A stretch of 64,000 nucleotides of DNA from Camelus dromedarius (Eukaryota), in the NCBI RefSeq assembly GCF_036321535.1, contig NC_087436.1:60948001-61012000 (forward strand), given 5' to 3'. A program made the translations under genes and the position numbers. The notes under the pieces were generated by a model. That model was not told where the DNA came from. It searched no databases and worked only from the letters and a program-made list of their open reading frames with translations. Within the stretch, counting starts at the first letter, position 1, and the number at the start of each line of letters is the position of its first letter. Shown piece by piece: positions 55,201 through 64,000 of the stretch.

Positions 55201-57890
55201 TTCTGCTTGTGAACAAGGCGGAGAGGTGGCAAAGCAGTCCAGGCTTAGCGAGTCCATGGGAAAGGATAATGGTCTCCGAGCCTGTAAATCAGTTAAACTG
55301 ACACTTGAAGAGAAGAAAACTCAAAGTAGACTCTAATAGATAAAATAAGACAGGACCCTTGGGACAAGTATGACATTGGTAATCACGGAGCCTGCCTCCA
55401 CCCACGCACCCATGGGAGCTTGGCCTCTGTGAAAACAGAGGGTCATGATCTCTGGAGCCGACAGCCTGGAGCATGATCTCCTCCACGGACAGTTCGGAGC
55501 AAGTTTCAAAAAAGTAAGTAAGCAGCATTTTAACCTACACAATAATAATGAGGAATAACAAATCCACAAATATTCCAGTGTCAGCACTACATAGCTTTTC
55601 CAATGTCATACAACATGCTCAGAAAATGATTAAAGAATGGATCTTTCTGGAACATACTGATCCTCAGACGTAAAACTGGGCTCTCCAAAGGTTTAAAATT
55701 CCTACAAATTAGGGGATATCAAAAGAAAAATGTCATCTCTTCATCATCAATACTCATTCCCTGCAATTAGAGCACTAACTTCTACCATCGCTTCGATGAG
55801 TTTATTCCTTAAATGCAAAATCCCTGTAGAAAAAGGTATAAACGCTGAGAAAGATTCACAGTGATAATCAGATTTCAGCACTGCGTGGCACTCAGCAGGT
55901 AAAAACATGGAGCGGATTCATTCATTCCGGTCCTCCGTGAGCTAAGTGCTGTGCCGGGTGACATGAGGGGTGGAAAATTGATGGGTTTGGACTCCTACCC
56001 GACATGGATTTACAATCCACAAAGTGTAGACAAGCATATTAGCAATTATAATATGGATGGAGTGTGACTGTTCTTATGATGCTAATATAAATATAAAAAA
56101 TACCCTGGCCGTATAGTCAGAACTGAATTCATGGAAGAGGAAAAGGGATTTCACAGTTAAAGACAGTGGGTGGGGTTGGGAAGGAAATTTCAGGCAAGGG
56201 GATCAGCCTGGGCAAGGAAGTGAGCTTCACTTTCTATTGGTTTTGGGCTTAACAGCCCACAAAGAGTTTTTATATCCATTACTTCATTTTGATTTTCCCA
56301 GCAATCTTGTCAGCTAAGCTCGTCATTTTACAGATAAAGACTCTGAGGTTTGGGAAGGTTAAGTGTCTTGTGCAAAGTCACCAGCCTGGGAGTGCTGTGC
56401 CCAGGACACTAATCTATGTTCTCTGCGTCCAAACCCAAAGCTTTCCCTAGGCTCCTGTGGTGCCTCTGTGCACAACCCGGTATGGCTGAAGTGGTCCATC
56501 TTGTTTTGTTCTGTTGGGGGGTGAGGTGTTTCGAGAGAGGAAAAGAAATCTTGAGAACTAGAAGCCAGACTAGATTGCAGAGGTTTTCGATGTCAAGCTA
56601 AGGAGATTAGCTGTGTTTACAAGCTATCATGAAGGAAAGAAAAACAGGAGAATAAAAATACTGAGGTATTTTGGAGAAAAGATTACACATTTGTGAGAAT
56701 CATAAATAGAGGTCACGTCTCAACATTCACACTCTGGCCTGAAATGTTTCAGAAGTAGTATGTGAGCGGCTCTGGGCAAGCAGTTTGCACTTGCAATCCC
56801 AAATAGGTGAGAATTACACTCCTTATACTGAATATACTGCGACTGCATGGTGAGAGCCCTACCCACACCTTAGAACAAAATAATCTGGGAACTTCAGCCC
56901 CTTTCATTAGACTTTAACAGTTTCAATGAATAGTTAATGTGAAAATCCGTATCTGAAAATATGCTTCATGTTTTCTTTTGCAAATCATCAGGAAGATGCC
57001 ATCTTCCTGGAAAGCACCTTATATAGACAAGAATCCTATGAGAACTATAAAAGTCAATGGTAACAGCCAGTAAACATTCCTGGGCAGAGCCAAGCAATCC
57101 ATATATTAGTGCAAATGTTTCCTCTTTGGAATTAGATAGGCTTCAGATTTACATCTTCACCGTGAGAAAAAATTTAACTGCCAGAAAGGGGGCAAGAGTC
57201 CTAAGCGAATACATTTATCTAAACTACAATATCCAGAATAAATAAGATCTGGCCCTAAGTATATTTCCAGCCTTATGTCAACGTCCCTCCTGAGCTCTGA
57301 GCTCCCACCATAATGAACTTCTGTGTTCCTCAAATGTGTCCTGCTCTCCCTGGCCCCCAGCCTTTGTGAATACCATTCCTTTTTCTAGAACATCCCCCCT
57401 GCTTCCCTTTCTTCCTCATCTTTGCCTGATTAACCCCGAGATATCCTTTAGATCTGTTTAGTTATCTTTTTGTTTGACAAACCTCCCTTGACCCTTCTCT
57501 CCTCCCCTAACCTTCTCCCCCATTTAGAATGGGGGCCTCCTTCCTGGTCCTCCATGGCTCCACTTACCCTCTTAACAGCATTTTCTCAGAGCACTGTGAC
57601 TGTGTCTGCACGCCCCATGGGTTAGACTGCAGGCTCAGTGCTGGTAAGAACATGCCAACTTCTTCTCTCTCGTTCTTTTCTGTATCCCAATGCCCAGCAC
57701 TGAGTAGGGATCAACAAACCCGAGTAGCTGAGTGAACTGATGCCGTTACCAAAAAATACACCAGGTTTGGTACTTTCACGTCAAGGTTTAAGTAGCAAGA
57801 CTTCAGGAACCACTCCAGGAGAGTGGCTTTCTTTGTTGGTGATTATTAAAAAGGCTTGGGGGGGGGGTGGCAAGCTAGTTATAAATACTT

Positions 57891-58045
57891 AAAAAAATTG
57901 TTTTAACTTCATTTACTTTGAGGGAGGGGATAATTAAGTTTATTTATTTATTTATTTTTAACGGAGGGACTGGGGATTGAACTCAGGACCTCGTGCATGC
58001 TAATGCTACATGCAGCGTTCCACCACTGAGCTATGCCCTCCCCCC
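57891..58045 (-). mobile_element. tRNA-Ala-derived SINE (Vic-1-like), copy 7
   Basis: tRNA-like head on -; degenerate TSD tagttataaatactt (57876-57890) / tagctataactactt (58048-58062). Confidence 0.9.
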
Positions 58046-60075
58046 ATTAGCTATAACTACTTTTATTGCAGAGTTTGTACAAGGGCATATTTTAGCATTT
58101 GGGCAGAGATTTTTATTAACAGTGGCTACTTAAAAATTGGTCCTCAGCTGTTCAAAAGTACAAATAGACCACTGTTTAGGGACACCCTGCTTATGTTCCT
58201 GACCCAGCTACTCAACCAGAGCAATAAAATGGCCAGAGTGGCTGATTCTGTGTTTTTACGCTTACATTCACATAGATCATATGTTAAAAATCTATTTTAA
58301 AAAAGTAGCAATCTCATTAAAAAATTTAGATAAAACCCAGGAGACAAAAGGTAAAGGCTGACTCTACAGCAAAATGCTGCCTTATTACTCAATTTGTAAG
58401 ATTTAAAAGTTGGGGGGTTACTGGTCAGAATTTTAGTGGGAGAAACCAGAGTGAAGTTTGGGGCAACTATTTAAAAGTGCAAAAGGGCAAGTCTGTGTTG
58501 ACAAGCAATAACAGTATATTGGAAAAGATGAATTTAAAAGAAACAACCAGCAAAGCATAAACCCGTTCCCCAAAGATGTTAAACACATTTATACGAGGTT
58601 TTAAGTGAAAAAGGTCAACTTAAAAGTCTGTTTCCAAATGTGAGAGAGAGCTGCTGACTCCACAGGCAGAGGAAATCCTCCAGCTGAGGGATGGGCCCTC
58701 TCCAGGGGGCCTTGACAGGAGACAGTACTGAGACTCTCCTCTTGTGGTAAATAAATCCTACCCTTGTAATTCTTTCATGTTCTTAAATCATCACATAGCC
58801 AGTGACTTTTAGATGCAGAAGGACCCTAAGATCCATCTTGTCCAAATTCTCATTTTATATATGAGGCTTGGTGGGGGTTAAATATTTGCCTAAACACATT
58901 CCTGGATGTGGGCAGAAATGGAACTAGACTGTATGAATTCATCTCCTTGTACGTCATTAATCATCAGAAAAAACACGATCTGTTCTCAGTCAGCTGGCCG
59001 CCATTTAAACAGTGTGAAGCTGAGAGATTAGAAAGGCGCTGAGCAAAAGCATTAAGCTTGAACAGCAGCCTTTCCTTGTCGGAGGGGCGGCACACAGTTT
59101 AGTTATGGGCGTATTTCCAATTTGCATGAATGGAACAGGGACAATAAGATAAAGCTGGCTCCAGGAAAGTACTTCCCCCAGCTTCCCTGAGACTGGGACT
59201 TGGGAAACTGCCAGCTGCTCTGGAATTCGGGAACATGACAAATGATACTGGGTAGGACTCCCCAGGTGACCTCAGCCCATGCACGCACACAAGCATGGAG
59301 GCTTGTCAAGGTCCCAGGTGCCGGCTTGCCCATGGGTTGTGGCTGAGACAGAAAAACAAAGAAAGAAATTCTCCCTGAACACACACATAAGCAAAAAATG
59401 ATCTTCCTGTGTTCTCTGCCAAGAGAGCTGGAGTCAAAGAGATGAGTTCAAGACTGATTCTTCCACGAAGACAAATCAACTCAGTCTAAGGAGGTTAGAG
59501 GGCAATTTAGGAAGTAAACAAAAGTTCAGTTTCGGGAAGAGGCTTTGGAGAACACAGAGGCCATCCCTGGAATCTAACTCCACGATGAAAACAGAAAAGG
59601 GCTCACTCTTAAAGCATGGATTTCTGAAAATGCCAACAGATGGACACGTTCAAAGGGGCAACTACAGAGGCAAACAGCACCAAGATGTTAGCCCTCGTCC
59701 TACATGGAGTCTGGGTCAGAGCCAGCTCCTCGCTGAGCTGAAGAAGCATCTCAAGTGGAGAAGAGGGCCTGACGGCACTGTTCAAGTTCAGCAGTAGCAC
59801 GAGAAAGTCAGATCAGAAGAAGGTACTTCCCCCTCCAGGAGTGGCCAAGCTCCTGGGCTGGCCTGGGGCATCTGCCCTTCTTCACGGTCAGAGCCACTGC
59901 TCTTATCTGTATCACTTCTCTGCTTTGGCTGGCCAGTTGTTCCCCTGGCTCCCTCCCTCCCCACCCCTGCACCAGCCCCCACGCCAGCCACAGATGTGAG
60001 TTTGTGCCCACATTCTCTTTCTCTCTGTCTCCCAGCGTCACTAGAGTATCTGGTCCAGGTCTTATTCATCCCCTC

Positions 60076-60604
60076 TGCTACACAGGTCTCCCAACCCCTT
60101 ATCAAATCCTCCCTTTTTAGGTGCTAATTGTGCTCCCCTTGAATGTGGGCTAGACTTAGTAACTCCCTTTTAAATGAACAGAATGCGATGGAAATGACAA
60201 TGTGTGAATTCTGACACTAGGTCATTAAAGGCATTGCAGCTTCCTTCTTGCTTTTTCTTAGATCACTTGCTCTGGGAGGAGCCAGGTGCCATGTTGTCAG
60301 GATGCTCAAGCAGCCCAATGGAGAGGTCCACATGATGAGGAACTAAGTCCTCATGACAGAGTCATGTGAGTGAGTCGTCTGGAAACAGATCCTTCAGCCA
60401 GCCTCAAACCTTCAGACGACTCTAGTCCCCACTGACATCTTGACTGCAACCTCATGAGAGACTCCAGGCCAAAAACTACCTAGATAAACCAGTCCCAAAT
60501 TTCTGACCCACAGAGACTGTATAAGATAATAAATACTCGTTGTTGTTTTACTTAGACTGCAAGTTTTGGACTAATTCATTGTGTAGCAATAAATAACTAA
60601 TACA
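60076..60604 (+). mobile_element. MaLR (MLT1-type) solo LTR
   Basis: ccccttgaatgtgggctagacttagt, tgacatcttgactgcaacctcatgagagac, terminal tagcaataaataactaataca. Confidence 0.85.
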
Positions 60605-61049
60605 ACATCTTTGAACTTTCTCTACTATCGACTAGAGTTGTCCCTTAATTAATCACCATCTTTTTTTGGAGGAGTTTTTTTTAATTTGCTTGTTCTGTTC
60701 TTGTCAAAAAGTCCTTTCCCCATTAGGACAACCCCCACCCCCACCCCTTGACATTTATACAGTCTTCCTGGATGAACACTTATTGGGTCATAATGGCTCA
60801 AACCCAAGAAGATCACTGGAATAATATATATTTTCAAAGACTATTCTTTGTACATGCTATCCTAGAATTTTTAATGTTACTTCATCATTATATAAAAACA
60901 AATTGGACCTTTTATCTCCCCAGGTCCTCAAAACATAAGCCTTAACTATGAGCATATGTAACCTTAAACAGTCTACAGAAAATACAAGACACTTTTTATT
61001 TTCTTAAAAGTCTTGTATTTACATTTTAGGGAATAGTGGGTGGGATTAA

Positions 61050-61370
61050 CCTGCCGTATACTACAACACAGATGAACTCTGAGGACACTAGGCTAAGTGA
61101 GGTAAGCCAGTCACAGAAAGTTAAATACCACATGCTTCCACTTACAGGAGATACCTAAAGCTGTCCAACTCATAGAAGCAGAAAGTAGAAAGGTGGTTGC
61201 CAGGGGCTGGTGGGGAGCAGGGAATGGGGACATTCAACATTCATGCAAGAAGAAAAAAGTTCTAGAAATCTGCTGTACAACAATGTGCATATATCTAACA
61301 ATACTGTATGTAACAATTTGTTAAGGGGGTAGATTTCATGTTGTGTGTTTTCTACCTCAATTTAAAAAAA
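61050..61370 (+). mobile_element. L1MA/MB-like 3' end
   Basis: gctaagtgaggtaagccagtcacagaaag...agaaagtagaaaggtggttgccaggggct...caatttaaaaaaa. Confidence 0.8.
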
Positions 61371-64000
61371 GGGAAATAGTAAGATTAAAATTATCTCATT
61401 CTAAGATTCACAGCAGTGATTCCTTTTCGGCAACATTCTATGCCTTTTCCAACACACCCTGGAGTGTCATATCATCACCAGACCCTTTCAAAACTAAGAA
61501 AATGTTTTACTTGTTTTTACATTAAGAAACAAAAATGTTGCTCTCTTCTTCCTAAAGGATTGGTAGGGTGGGAAAGGAGGTAGGATTTCACACAAACCAA
61601 ACATAAGGACAGGATGTTGCATTCCAAGAAGTTTGGGAATCCATGATCTGGAGATATGTTGAGGTTTCAAAAAAAAAAAAAGCAGGCTGAAAAAAACACC
61701 TGAGCACTGGAAAAGCTAAACTCCAATCAAGGGATTGATATTACCAGTTCACTATCTAATTTTCCTTAGAGCCAAGACCTGCAGACACAATAACCAAGAG
61801 AACAGAGCACAACAGAAGCCAGTGAAGACTCAGATAAGCAATAAGCTAATGCCAATAGGAGGAGCCCAGCAATATGTCAGTAACAGCAGAGAAAACTAAG
61901 ACTGAAATACATTCTATAAATTGATACATGATTGATAGAGATGGCAAGATTCTGTTGCATCATTTTCCACAAAAAGAGAGAAAGAAAGTATCAAAAAAGA
62001 GGAAATGGCACATGAAAGGCTGAATTTTCACGATGCATGTACATCATTAGCACTGCCCTGCAGTAAATCAGGAGTGGGACTGGTGGAAGGCAGGGAGGGT
62101 AGAGGAACGAAGCTTTGAGTGTTACAAGGACCAGGAGAAAGGGACAGATTATGTTTACATTTAGAACACACACTAATGCTGTCAAAGCTGACTGGCAGCT
62201 GGAGTATGCTTTCTCTTCAGTCAGTCTTCAACTTGCTGACTTTTTTTTTAAACATTAAAAGCTAATTCTGTCGAGCTTTTCCATTGCCAGTGTCAGGTGC
62301 AGAACTCTTCTGAAGGACGGGAGAGAAAAGCCAAAGCTCTGAGAAAGCCTTTCTGGCCAAGTCTAGAGAAATGTTCTGAGCCCTCTGCCCAGTCATGAGC
62401 GGGGCCCCAGGGTGGTGACTGACCCCCAGGTGGGCTTCCACCAGGCCCACAATGCTCAGGCCTTCCTCCGGGCGTGCTCCCAGGACTCAGGATGAAGGAA
62501 CCTGTTATATCCTCTCCTTGTATTGTTTCGGGACAGAAATTCACCATCAAGACACACTGACTTGCCCAGGAAGGAAATTCAAACTGGGGTCGAAGCCTGA
62601 ATGGCCCTGAGTCCAGAGGGCCCCAGTCTGCGGGGCTGGAGGGAGCGGAAGAGAGGAATGAAAAATTGAGATGCAAATGAACAGAAGCTGGGCAGGATCC
62701 ATAGGCTGGCCTCATGGAATCTCCCATGCCTGAGATCTCTCTCTCTCTGGGTTGTGTGTGGTCCCTCACAACAAAACACAAATGGGAGGTTCGCCATCAG
62801 GAGCCTTCAGCACCAGGAGTTCTCTTTACATTTCCTACAGGGATCTTAGGTGAGATTTTCTTTCTTCTAAAGTCTTCCCAGAGCAAGAGGTTTTTTCTTC
62901 AAAATGTTGATCAGACTCGCTGGATAATACTATCTTATTAAGAAATTAATTTTATAAAGAGGAGGCTGGTTTATAAATAAAAGTGAAAACCAAAGAGATA
63001 CTCATTTCATGTTAAAGAGACCTTTTTTTAGCTTTGTTTCCTCTGTCCCGTCCACTTCCCCTCCCCAAGTGTGATTATTTTATTATAATCACACAGATTC
63101 TGTTTATCTGTGTATTTCCATTATGGCTAACAAATCGAAGAAAGCACATTTCCTGCTGAAAAATCACATTTAACGAATCCCTTTGGGGACAGAAAAAAGT
63201 GCACACCACTTAAAAAGATTCGTTTGTGGGAGTTAAGAAGTCAGACCCAAATCACTCTGCATTGTGCTCTAGTTCAAATGAGGTGGGCGCCCCAGGCCAC
63301 ATTTATAATGATGGAAGCTTCTCAATCTCTGACTGCAGGCCTGAACCTCCATGAGACCATCATCATTCTCAAATAGAAATATGCCAAATGAACCACCAAA
63401 AGCTTAAATAAAAACACTTCTCTCTGGATGTCTAAGATGACTCAAGCCAGGTCGCAAATTGGGGGGAGGGGTAATGAACAATGAACAATGAGCAATGACC
63501 TCAGTGCATTTTTCTATTTGATTAAGATGAATTCTTCCTAAAAAGCAAATGTGATCCATTTTGAGGATCGATGTTAACGGTACAATACAATGTATTAAAG
63601 AATTTATTGAAATAAAACTGCTAATTTAAAAAGGTCAATTTGCCTGCAGATAGGCTTTCCCTACACGTGTTCCTTTTACACTATGTTCTATTCCTTCTGC
63701 TCCCAAAACACCAGGCTCACCTGGTTAACGGAGCCCCTCAGTCCTTGTGCATGTGGCGGTGATGAAACCTGGCTGGACGAAGTATGTGATTTGGTACAAG
63801 TTGCAGCATGAGTGAAATTCAGCCAAAAGTGGTGCCCATCAATGCACAACTCCAGGACCTACTGAAGGCACTGTTTTATATATCTGGGGTATGAAAAGCT
63901 AGCTTGGAATTCACAACGCATGTTCCTCCACCACAGCCTCTGGAAAGCCTCCTCTAGTCCAGCACTACAGTGTTCCAAGCTGCCACTGAGTGCACGCACG

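Noticed and set aside
57858..57870. G-run as a G-quadruplex element
   Set aside because: A single homopolymer next to a SINE insertion with no supporting context
62293..62781. 162-aa minus-strand ORF in IGFBP7 intron 1
   Set aside because: Non-ATG start, no recognisable domain, Pro/Gly/Ser-rich composition expected from locally GC-rich sequence
40878..64000. IGFBP7 exon 1 or a nested gene
   Set aside because: No Cys-rich IGFBP/Kazal coding sequence, no large CpG island and no coherent exon chain seen; short ORFs overlap at random on both strands. Non-coding exons cannot be excluded by eye

Overview
Mammalian nuclear DNA, probably camelid: it carries seven tRNA-Ala-derived SINEs that resemble the Vic-1 family. 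Two intron-containing genes converge tail-to-tail. POLR2B (RNA polymerase II second-largest subunit, RPB2) is on + with 22 coding exons from 1305 to the TAA at 31257-31259. All introns are GT-AG and phase-consistent, and the spliced CDS in the window is 3282 nt (1093 aa plus stop); the 5' exons lie upstream. IGFBP7 is on - with four coding exons (40768-40877, 33483-33599, 32694-32820, 31594-31613); its first exon lies beyond the window, so 40878-64000 is intron. Exon numbers follow my recollection of the human orthologues. The rest is intronic DNA with L1, L2, MIR, MaLR LTR and hAT transposon remnants, and almost all other ORFs in the track are spurious. I found no convincing novel coding system. 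The best leads are RNA-level: overlapping 3' ends, inverted L1 copies bracketing IGFBP7 exon 2, an intronic poly(A) signal and tandem donor at IGFBP7 exon 4, and splice-site-like AG|GTAAT motifs in antisense SINEs. Repeat family names and fuzzy boundaries are by-eye calls, not database results.
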